Source: an uncultured virus (IMG/VR IMGVR_UViG_3300029775_000206)
Taxonomy: Duplodnaviria; Heunggongvirae; Uroviricota; Caudoviricetes
Length of the DNA: 20,000 nucleotides
Reading direction: 5' to 3' (one strand)
Virus record (IMG/VR): IMGVR_UViG_3300029775_000206
Location: 61,900-81,899 of that record
Position numbers and translations under genes: made by a program. This document shows, piece by piece, positions 1 through 8,165 of the stretch (the stretch's first letter is position 1; the number at the start of each line of letters is the position of its first letter). The notes below the pieces were generated by a model. The model did no database searches and was not told the origin of the DNA. It saw only the letters and a program-made list of their open reading frames with translations.

Positions 1-243
1 CGTTCGTTTGCGGAAACTGCTCAATGCCGAAAAACGGCGTTTTTACAGGTGCTCTCAGTATGCGGGAATATGTCCAGGTGCTATTTCTACCTATATTACG
101 GCGGGCAGGAGGGATGCCATCGTCTCAACCTGCTCCTCTGCAGTTCATCAAGCCATTATCAAGGTCTCAACCCCAGCTGCCGCTAACTTGGTCGGCATCT
201 TGGTCGCTTAACTTGGTCGGTCAGCGATCAAGTTATTGCTGAC

Positions 244-1362
244 CTACTGCTGCCTGAACCGGTATTTCCCTTTGCCGAATCCGGAAACTGGCTCAGTGAT
301 ACCCTGTTCTGCCATTTCCTTCAAAAGCTCAGAAGCCCTTGACGCTTTCATATCAAGCACGCGCATGACATCCGACCGTCCAAAGATCGTCTGACCTTGA
401 AATTCTTCGCGAAGTTTCAGGATATGCTCCGTCGTTTTAGCTGTAAATCTATTGTCAATATCCGCTTTTAGAGCCTCAATGTCCGATTTTCCATCTTGAA
501 TGTCCGGTTTTTCCGTTTCAATGTCCGGTTTTTCCGTTTCCTTGAACGCTCCGCTGATATGCAATGTCCGGTTGTGAAGCGGATTGTGCTCGCCAAGCAG
601 GAGGTTCCTTAAAAACAGTTCCAGATATTCCGTCGTCTCATGGATGCCTTTTGTGAAGTCATTGTAGTTAGCGCGAACAAGCGAATTGCGGAAATACCAC
701 GCATTTTCAGCGAAGATGTCATTCGTTACGTCAAAACCGAGAGTCCGCAAATACTTGATGAAGAACACCGCCGTGGTCCTGGTATTACCTTCACCGAAAG
801 CATGAATCTGCCAGAGCCTTGAAACGAAAAACGCAAGATGTCGGGTGATCTCATCCATGGAAAGACCCCGATATGAAAACTTCCGCTCCTCGGAAAAATC
901 ATACTCCAATGTCGCTCCGAGCTCAGTCGCACTGCCATAAAGCACCGTCGCTCCGTCGAGCACCCATTCCTTCTTCGTGATGTTATAATCACGAATGCGG
1001 CCAGCATGTGGATAGATGCCCGTAAACAATCTTCTGTGAATTGACAGGTACTCATTCGGTGTAAAACTGAATGCCTGCTCGGACAATATCTCTGCGATTC
1101 TGGCAGAAACCTTGTCAGCCTCTTCCGTGCGGTCACCTGCATCACGGGATGGATTCTCCTTGTAATAGCTCTGCAGAAGCGCATTCGCTTCTTTGAAAGA
1201 AATCTCTCCCTCGATATTGCGAACCGCAGTATGCATCAGATAATCAGATGTCTTCAGGCCATCAACTGCCTGAAGTCCGATGGCCGTATGCCATGCATAG
1301 CCCTTATCCCGCTTATCCGGTTCGGACTCCTTGATATATTCCTTGAAAGGGTCTTTATCCAT
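244..1362 (-). CDS. Fic-domain protein with N-terminal VbhA-like (inhibitory) helix region and C-terminal winged-HTH-like domain
   Basis: 372-aa ORF. Fic motif variant HAFGEGNTRTT (consensus HPFxxGNGRxxR). N-terminal TAIGLQAVDG resembles the (S/T)xxxE(G/N) inhibitory helix. C-terminal FGRSDVMRVLDMKASRASELLKEM...GKGKYRF is wHTH-like. RBS-like GGAAGGTGA upstream of the ATG. Confidence 0.9.
   Translation of the reverse strand: MDKDPFKEYIKESEPDKRDKGYAWHTAIGLQAVDGLKTSDYLMHTAVRNIEGEISFKEANALLQSYYKENPSRDAGDRTEEADKVSARIAEILSEQAFSFTPNEYLSIHRRLFTGIYPHAGRIRDYNITKKEWVLDGATVLYGSATELGATLEYDFSEERKFSYRGLSMDEITRHLAFFVSRLWQIHAFGEGNTRTTAVFFIKYLRTLGFDVTNDIFAENAWYFRNSLVRANYNDFTKGIHETTEYLELFLRNLLLGEHNPLHNRTLHISGAFKETEKPDIETEKPDIQDGKSDIEALKADIDNRFTAKTTEHILKLREEFQGQTIFGRSDVMRVLDMKASRASELLKEMAEQGITEPVSGFGKGKYRFRQQ
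457..540. repeat. In-frame 21-bp tandem repeat (2 exact + 2 degenerate units) inside the Fic gene
   Basis: AATGTCCGGTTTTTCCGTTTC at 499-519 and 520-540, with degenerate copies at 478-498 and 457-477. Encodes ETEKPDI/ETEKPDI/QDGKSDI/EALKADI. Confidence 0.9.
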
Positions 1363-1633
1363 CCGCGCTCACCTTCCTTTTTCCTATTTCAACTGACACT
1401 GCGACACTCATCGTTAAAAAAGTCAAGCTGCGCATGACATCTAATCCCGACACTCGCGCCGTATCTATCTTCACTCCGACTTTGATACAATCGCAGTATG
1501 TAGACCCCCGCACAGGAATGTGCGAGAAAGCCTGAAATAAAGGGATTCCGGCACTCATGGCTTTCCGAACCGCTGCCTGATTACAGCCAAAAGGAAGGAA
1601 CGATGTCCTTACCGCTGTTGTTGTTCCTGGCAT
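1355..1633 (-). CDS. Doubtful 92-aa ORF or gene remnant between mcrC and fic
   Basis: Strong RBS (GGAAGGAGGGG) just before the ATG at 1633, and the stop overlaps the fic start by 8 nt. The translation has no recognisable motif. Confidence 0.25.
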   Translation of the reverse strand: MPGTTTAVRTSFLPFGCNQAAVRKAMSAGIPLFQAFSHIPVRGSTYCDCIKVGVKIDTARVSGLDVMRSLTFLTMSVAVSVEIGKRKVSADG

Positions 1634-1664
1634 TTTGCACCCCTCCTTCCTGTGAGATGTTATA

Positions 1665-1717
1665 ATCGTTAAAATGTATAGCTATCGTTAAAAGGTGTTA
1701 ATTCGTTAAATCGTTTA
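1665..1717. repeat. Clustered direct repeats of ATCGTTAAAA (candidate operator)
   Basis: Exact copies at 1665-1674 and 1684-1693, TTCGTTAAAT at 1702-1711, partial ATCGTTTA at 1710-1717. A further exact copy is at 1410-1419, upstream of fic. Confidence 0.7.
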
Positions 1718-2794
1718 TTGCCTGATGCTTATCCCAAAATGGTCCTTCACAATCTTATTCAACTGATTCTGAATTTCCGAAAACTCCTGATTCAAATCAA
1801 GTGTTTTGACCGATATCTGGTTACCGCTCATCTGATAAACATTGTCGGGGACAAGATCTTCATCCGTCTTTGCATACAGAAGCATCCCGGACACCTTATG
1901 TCCGGTGCCTTGTAACTCAGCTTCCTTATTCTTCACATAGGTGAAGATCTGATACATGTTGCCGGAATGCAGTGTCTTCACATCGAAGTTTGTCTGCAAC
2001 GTCCGCTCATAATACTTGGCATCGATGATAAGTGTCTGGTTCCCATAAGTCAGTGTAATGTCCGTTTGCATAACCGGGAGCAATGCATCATACCCATCAT
2101 CAAGCTGCCACGGAATCTGAAGTGCCCGCGAAGAGAATCCTTTCAGCCGCTGGCCGAATTCCTGTGCATAGTATTCCAGAATGAACTTTTCATAAAGTCT
2201 GCTCATCCGCTGCTCGTCTACGAAACTTGCGAGCCGATACTCACCGCTCTCCGTTGTCAGAAGTGAGCCCTCTATCAGCAGTTGACAAATAGCAAGCAGC
2301 AGTTGATAAGTACGGTTATTCCTCTGGAATCGAATATCCGACCAGCGGATATGTTGTAGTTCGATCTGGTCCACTTCCGAGAAAAGAAGCATTTCTTTTT
2401 TCAGCTCAGCCTTGTACTTTTCCTGCACATCCTTCTGACGCAGAAGAAGGAAAACCGTTGATTTCAGAATCTGATTGAGCAGGTTGTTTTCCGAGAGCTC
2501 GTCATAATCACAGGTTACGATCATCCGATGCTCCAGCCTGTTTTTTATCGTTCCCGGCATGTCAATCTTGCCTCGGACGACCGGCAGGTTTTCTACGCGG
2601 TTGATGTATTCCCGATAGAGTCCCTGCTTCAACTGCAGCCCGATACCTTTTGCCAGAATTGCAGCAAACAGGTTATGAATGTTATCGAACGACTCCTTCT
2701 GGATATCGTCGTAGACGGACTCCTTCAGTGTGGTAAATGCGTAGGACAGCATATAATAGATGTTCTTTATGAATATGCTTTTATCCTTTGTCAT
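1715..2794 (-). CDS. mcrC: McrC-family modification-dependent restriction endonuclease subunit
   Basis: 359 aa. N-terminal IKNIYYMLSYA typical of McrC. PD-(D/E)xK nuclease motif MQTDITL...IIDAKYY followed by YQIFTY. ATGA overlap with the upstream mcrB. Confidence 0.93.
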   Translation of the reverse strand: MTKDKSIFIKNIYYMLSYAFTTLKESVYDDIQKESFDNIHNLFAAILAKGIGLQLKQGLYREYINRVENLPVVRGKIDMPGTIKNRLEHRMIVTCDYDELSENNLLNQILKSTVFLLLRQKDVQEKYKAELKKEMLLFSEVDQIELQHIRWSDIRFQRNNRTYQLLLAICQLLIEGSLLTTESGEYRLASFVDEQRMSRLYEKFILEYYAQEFGQRLKGFSSRALQIPWQLDDGYDALLPVMQTDITLTYGNQTLIIDAKYYERTLQTNFDVKTLHSGNMYQIFTYVKNKEAELQGTGHKVSGMLLYAKTDEDLVPDNVYQMSGNQISVKTLDLNQEFSEIQNQLNKIVKDHFGISIRQ

Positions 2795-5199
2795 TGAAAT
2801 ACTCCGTGCAGGATGTTGTCCCAGCGCTGTACCTTACTGTCGTCATCGAACCAGTATTCCTGCAACATCGGAAGGATGTCGTAATCCACGACCGACTGCA
2901 TCCACTCATCCGTGCAGGTTTCCTTCGTCCTGCCGCAGAAATAGCTGTGGCCAATACAGAAACCTTTTCCGAGCGACTTGTCCCGGCTGATTTCTTCATT
3001 CAGTTCGATGACCTTCTTTATCAGTTCATCGAATGTATCGTTCTCCAGCGTCTGCTGATAGTCGCTGAATCCTTTTGACTCGAATCCCGGATCAATCTCG
3101 AAGAAGCTGAACCGCCGCCGCAGGGCATAGTCGATCATCGCAAGGCTCCGGTCTGCCGTATTCATCATGCCGATGATGTAGAGATTTTCCGGTACAGTAA
3201 AAGGCATGCCATTATAAGCGAGCGTAGCTTTCGTGCCACGGTAATCCTTCTCGATTAACATCAGCAGCTCACCGAAAATCTTACTAAGATTACCTCGGTT
3301 AATCTCGTCAATGATAAAGAAGAACTTCTTGTCCGGTTGATTCTCTGCCTTTTTGCAGAAGCGATAAAACACGCCGTACTTCAATTCAAAACTGTCTCCG
3401 GACGGCTTGTAGCCCATCATGAAATCCTCATAGGAATAATTCTGATGGAACTGCACAAACTCGATGCGGTTATCATCCTTTTTTCCCATGAGAGAATATG
3501 CCAGACGCTTGGCGGCGAATGTCTTACCAACACCCGGTGCACCCTGCAGTATGATGTTCATCTTGTTCAAAAGCACGCCGGAAAGCCTGTCGTATTTCTC
3601 CTCGGTCATATAGACCTCAGACAGAAAAGCATCCTTTGTGTAAGGCGGAATCTTAACTTCGGTATTGAGAGGATTCTCATCACGAATCATGTCCATGATG
3701 AATTCGTATTCGCCCTTGGTAAGCTTGAAGAAGCTGCCGTTTGGATTCTGGAAGAACTCCATTTTTTCAAGCTCTGGGCATTCCTTCAGTGTTTGGTAAT
3801 CAATCGGATTTGCGAGAGATTCTGTCTTTTCAAAATAGATTTTCTGTCCATCATTTGCCGCACTGACCTTTACAAGAGCAACGACCTGCTTGACAGGATT
3901 GGATTCATATCCGATGACAAGATCGCCCGCCTTTGCATCGATGAAATTCTGAAACACACGGCGCTTATTTCCGTTTTCGTTAAAGAGCGTGTAGTCCTGA
4001 ACTTCACCAACCTGCAGATCCGAAAAGCTCCAGATCTTCGGGTTAGCATTCAGCCACCAGTATCCATGTTCTTCCTCGCCGTCTTCCGACTTTGCGTAAA
4101 GATCGACATCCTTCCAATCGACCTGATCCAGAGCTTCAGAAAGTTCGCCCCGGAGTTTCCAGATATAGCCGCCATCCTCATCTTTTGTAGCATGCCTGCC
4201 AACATAAAGGACCGGCCACCATCTGGAATTATCTGAATCACGTGGCATGACCGGACAGCCAGTCTTCTCGACCACTCGTTTTGCCAGTCCGACTGACCCA
4301 GCATTATAAAAGTTCTTACTTTCTCCGTATTTCACCGCAAGCTGAGTACAGGTGGCCTCACCGCCATAGTCCTTGAACCGCCTCATGATTTCAAGGCTGC
4401 TTTGTGTGAATACATCTTTATCATTTAAGAGAGCAATCCATTCCTGAACCGTTATTCCAGGCGAATATTCTTCCTGAGAAGGGAACCACTCGTTGTCGGA
4501 GGAAACGCTATCTCCTTTTTTTGAATACTCCCTTGAAATGTAAAATCCAACATCGAAGGTCAGCGTTTTCAGTTCCGGATCAGGATAGCAATCTGCGGTC
4601 AACTGGCTTCGGAATAAGTTCACCAGTTCTGTGTCCTGCTTCAGTTCTTCACAGATTTCATCATAGAACTTGAAGAAGTTTCGAATGTTGTCGGCGTAGG
4701 CTCCTTTTTTGAATCGGTAATCACTCTCAAGTTCATCAGATACCGATTTGACTTCACCAAATTTATAAACATAGTACTTGTCCGGATAGCGTAACCACAG
4801 GTATACACTAATCGCATTTTCGTATTGATAATGCTGTGCAGCTCCATTCCCATATTTTTCGAGTAAGATGGATGATTTCATTTTGAAGCTGTTGATGCGC
4901 TCATAAACGTCCTTGCTTTCATCAAATAACTCGATATACATCGCCCGGACTTCTTCCGGTGCAGTCTTGGCAAAGCCGATGATCATTCGTGCCGGGAAGT
5001 TATTCATCGAGGCCAGCAGGTTGTATGTCTTGGAAAGAGAACGGCTGAGCATATCCGCGAAATCCTCCGCTTTGACATCCCAGTTATCCTGAAAGCATTT
5101 AACAGCTTCCCATTTGTATTTTTCGTCTTTCCAGTGCTTTGGAAGGAAGTCCTTCTTGTACTGGATGAGTACTTCTTTCAAACGAAACTTATCAAACAT
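2791..5199 (-). CDS. mcrB: McrB-family AAA+ GTPase with extended N-terminus including an EVE-like domain
   Basis: 802 aa. Walker A GAPGVGKT, VQFHQNYSYEDF, Walker B IIDEINRGN, McrB signature MNTADRS, ALRRRF. EVE-like segment YWWLNANPKIWSF...GDLVIGYES. RBS GGAGG upstream. Confidence 0.93.
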   Translation of the reverse strand: MFDKFRLKEVLIQYKKDFLPKHWKDEKYKWEAVKCFQDNWDVKAEDFADMLSRSLSKTYNLLASMNNFPARMIIGFAKTAPEEVRAMYIELFDESKDVYERINSFKMKSSILLEKYGNGAAQHYQYENAISVYLWLRYPDKYYVYKFGEVKSVSDELESDYRFKKGAYADNIRNFFKFYDEICEELKQDTELVNLFRSQLTADCYPDPELKTLTFDVGFYISREYSKKGDSVSSDNEWFPSQEEYSPGITVQEWIALLNDKDVFTQSSLEIMRRFKDYGGEATCTQLAVKYGESKNFYNAGSVGLAKRVVEKTGCPVMPRDSDNSRWWPVLYVGRHATKDEDGGYIWKLRGELSEALDQVDWKDVDLYAKSEDGEEEHGYWWLNANPKIWSFSDLQVGEVQDYTLFNENGNKRRVFQNFIDAKAGDLVIGYESNPVKQVVALVKVSAANDGQKIYFEKTESLANPIDYQTLKECPELEKMEFFQNPNGSFFKLTKGEYEFIMDMIRDENPLNTEVKIPPYTKDAFLSEVYMTEEKYDRLSGVLLNKMNIILQGAPGVGKTFAAKRLAYSLMGKKDDNRIEFVQFHQNYSYEDFMMGYKPSGDSFELKYGVFYRFCKKAENQPDKKFFFIIDEINRGNLSKIFGELLMLIEKDYRGTKATLAYNGMPFTVPENLYIIGMMNTADRSLAMIDYALRRRFSFFEIDPGFESKGFSDYQQTLENDTFDELIKKVIELNEEISRDKSLGKGFCIGHSYFCGRTKETCTDEWMQSVVDYDILPMLQEYWFDDDSKVQRWDNILHGVFQ

Positions 5200-5240
5200 T
5201 CTTGCATCCTCCGCAACACGTTATTAACAGAATAATAAGC

Positions 5241-8165
5241 TCACCATTCCTTAACCGTTAGGAACCCTTTCTCGATTGCATCCGGGAACAAGAATGTCCT
5301 ATTTGCCACGTCAAAAGAGACCATGACTTTGCCGGATTTGATTCCGGTTACTTTTCCTTCGCCATACTTCTTGTGTGTCACAATAGTTCCGACGCGGAAC
5401 TTAGACAGGTCGACTTCCTTAAACTTCGGCTCTGCCTTATACGGCGTCGAACCCTCGGCCACATGAGAGCCTCTCTGCAGTTCCGGAACAGGATATCCCT
5501 GGTTGATTGGCACCACCTTCGGCTTAGCTGGCTCTGGCTTCGGCCTTAATATCGGTTGCTCAATGATAACGGTCTTCTTGAACGGATTCTCCTGCATGGA
5601 CGCTGTCTGAGCTGATGCCATGTCCTTGTATTCGTCCTTGGAAATAACAGTACTGAACAAGCCGACATCCTCGTCCTCAGCATGTTTACTGATTCCGGTG
5701 TATTCCAGCGAAGCGTCTTCATATCGTTTGAAGTTGTAAACTGCACTGTTCATGAGCGAGTCATTGAATATCCCAAGTGATACGAGCAGCTCAAAATCCT
5801 CGACAGTTAGACCAGTGACCTTCTTGAACAAGCCCGGCTCAAACTGAGTGATGACATCCTTCAGGCTGTATTCACGGAAATCGGTCAGGTACATGAAGAT
5901 CGGGATTCTCGTCGCAAACTTGATGAGTTTTTCCTGTATCTCTTTACGCTTGCTCTTGTATTCTTTCTCCTCCTGCGACAGCTCCTTCTTTTCCTTTGGA
6001 GTCATGTCGTCACCTTTTTCGGCTTTAGTCTTCTTGACTGCGTTCGACTTGTTTATGATCGTCTCAATGTCCTTATTCAGGCTTCGGAAGCCTTCAATGT
6101 TCATGATTGCTTTCATAGCATCATCGTTATCGAGAAGACGCTGCAGTGTCTCGTTATCCACATTGACAAGCAGAGCAGATTCCCAGCGCCTTGCGAGAAG
6201 CGTCGCGGAGGTACCGGCCATAGTGATATCCAGAATGTCAGAAGCCGAAACCGCCGTCATTGTGCTGCCATCGAAAGCAAGGACTGGCAGAAAGTGAATG
6301 AAGTCTGCGACCTTTTTCTCCGGATTTGACTCTGAAATATTCAGTCGGCAGCTGTAATCAGAAATCTGGCGCAGAGCACGATCGAGCGCAAAGTCGAAGA
6401 TGTAGCAGTTTTCCTTCATGATTTCTTCGGTACCGTCTTCCTTCTTTACCGTCCAAGGAGACTGAACACGGAAAGCTGCCTGAAAATATGTCTCGGGAGA
6501 TGACAGATTGCGAAGCATGAAAATTCCCGTCCACGGCTTAATCGTCACACCTGTTGTCAGCTTTCCGCAGGAAAGCGTGATGGTTTTTGTCTCAAGCGGC
6601 GGGTCCATAGATTCACGGACGGGTTTGAGAGCAGCAAGACCCACGCCTGCTGCCGTTCCGGCGCAAACATTGACGGTATAGTCGTGATAGAAAACATTCT
6701 GCTTCTCCGCAAGCAGGTTTGCCATTGCGTAGCAGGAGGCGACGTTCGGCAGAAACCACAGCGTGTGATTCAGAACGGAAAGCATTCTGGCATCAGAATA
6801 TGGCATAACCGGCTTGGCATTCTGACCAAGCTTCAAGTCGTCAACCGAGGAAGGTAAATAAGCTCCACGAATAAGGGTGAGCCACTTCTGGACATAGTCC
6901 TTGTAGACGAACTGCGCCGTCTCCGGGTGTCCTTCTACCTCCGGTTTTGCTGCGAAGAATACATTCAAGTCAAATTCGTTAAAGTCCTCGTTATAGGCAA
7001 TGCGGCGAATTTCATCCGGGATACGATATGTCATCAGGACGATCTGCGGCATGGACGCATAGGGATTCGGACCTTTGCTGTCATCCCATTCTTCCTTCGC
7101 CTTCTGCTCATCGGAATATGTCCACGAGAAGATCTGATCCTCCATGAACTCACCGGTGTTCAGAGCGCGGAACGGTGTGCCGGACAGGAAGAGATAATAC
7201 TTCGTCGTGATCGGTAAGAAGTCTTCGTTGATGGCGTTATCTGCCTCGTTCTTCTTATACTTATCGATGTCCAGCTCGTCGTAGCTGTCCTCGTCCTCTT
7301 TTTCAAACAGGTGCTTTGCATTTTCACGCCAGGCGCCAAAATGGTACTCGTCAAATATGACAAGATCCCAGTTCGTGGTATGTACCCATTCGTTCTTGGC
7401 CTTGATGCCTCCAGCAGCATTCGTGCCGAGGAAGTCTTGGAAGGAGCCAAAGCAGACGATAGGTCGCGACTGATCCAGATCCTGCGGACGAATGCCTGTT
7501 TCCTGAGAGACCTCGCGGGAGTAGAACTGCCAGCCTTCGAAGTCCATGTGGGAAAGCAGGTCTGTTTCCCACGACTCCTCAACCGCTGGTTTGAACGTGA
7601 GAATCAGGACACGTTTCATATCCATCGTTTTCGCGAGCTCATAGGATGTGAATGTCTTTCCAAAGCGCATCTTCGCGTTCCACAGGAATTTCGCCGTATG
7701 ATTCGGATTACGCTTGGATTCAGATTCAAAGTAGGCCTTTGTCATTCGGACGGCGCGTGCCTGCTCCGGGCGCATACGGAAGTTCTGCGTCCTGTTCTCA
7801 AGATTTGCGGAGGAAGTCTTGACAGCGAGGATGGCAGCCTTCACGTCATTGACAGTGCATTTGTACCACTCGCTTTTCTTGCCGTCCGGAGACTTCTGCG
7901 CATGGAAGCCGTGTGCTTCCAGCATTCGGTGAACATCATGGTCCATGAAGATTGCTCCGTCAGCATTGAGAGCGGATTCGACGTATTCAACCTTGTACGA
8001 CTGACCCGGAGTAAGCGTCGGATAGTGCTCGTGCATACGCACTTCGATTGGCCTGTCTGTATAGCCGACCTTCAAGCAGCCCGGAAAACGTGTATCGGAA
8101 TAGGCGTAGATGATCGGCTTGACTTCTGTTTTCGGATGAACATATTGATCAAAAATATCAGCCAT
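5241..8165 (-). CDS. Restriction-type SF2 (DExH) helicase/ATPase with N-terminal GIY-YIG/T5orf172-like nuclease domain
   Basis: 974 aa. N-terminal IIYAY...LKVGYT...R (GIY-YIG-like). Motif I AKMRFGKT, motif II IFDEYH, motif III LSGTP, motif VI-like YFQAAFRVQ. TGATG overlap with the upstream methyltransferase gene. Confidence 0.85.
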   Translation of the reverse strand: MADIFDQYVHPKTEVKPIIYAYSDTRFPGCLKVGYTDRPIEVRMHEHYPTLTPGQSYKVEYVESALNADGAIFMDHDVHRMLEAHGFHAQKSPDGKKSEWYKCTVNDVKAAILAVKTSSANLENRTQNFRMRPEQARAVRMTKAYFESESKRNPNHTAKFLWNAKMRFGKTFTSYELAKTMDMKRVLILTFKPAVEESWETDLLSHMDFEGWQFYSREVSQETGIRPQDLDQSRPIVCFGSFQDFLGTNAAGGIKAKNEWVHTTNWDLVIFDEYHFGAWRENAKHLFEKEDEDSYDELDIDKYKKNEADNAINEDFLPITTKYYLFLSGTPFRALNTGEFMEDQIFSWTYSDEQKAKEEWDDSKGPNPYASMPQIVLMTYRIPDEIRRIAYNEDFNEFDLNVFFAAKPEVEGHPETAQFVYKDYVQKWLTLIRGAYLPSSVDDLKLGQNAKPVMPYSDARMLSVLNHTLWFLPNVASCYAMANLLAEKQNVFYHDYTVNVCAGTAAGVGLAALKPVRESMDPPLETKTITLSCGKLTTGVTIKPWTGIFMLRNLSSPETYFQAAFRVQSPWTVKKEDGTEEIMKENCYIFDFALDRALRQISDYSCRLNISESNPEKKVADFIHFLPVLAFDGSTMTAVSASDILDITMAGTSATLLARRWESALLVNVDNETLQRLLDNDDAMKAIMNIEGFRSLNKDIETIINKSNAVKKTKAEKGDDMTPKEKKELSQEEKEYKSKRKEIQEKLIKFATRIPIFMYLTDFREYSLKDVITQFEPGLFKKVTGLTVEDFELLVSLGIFNDSLMNSAVYNFKRYEDASLEYTGISKHAEDEDVGLFSTVISKDEYKDMASAQTASMQENPFKKTVIIEQPILRPKPEPAKPKVVPINQGYPVPELQRGSHVAEGSTPYKAEPKFKEVDLSKFRVGTIVTHKKYGEGKVTGIKSGKVMVSFDVANRTFLFPDAIEKGFLTVKEW

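Noticed and set aside
121..172. Two GTCTCAACC copies as att-site remnants
   Set aside because: They are only 9 bp, and there is no recombinase or partner site in the window to support the idea.
457..540. 21-bp repeats as a CRISPR array or iterons
   Set aside because: The units are contiguous without spacers and in frame within the Fic coding sequence.
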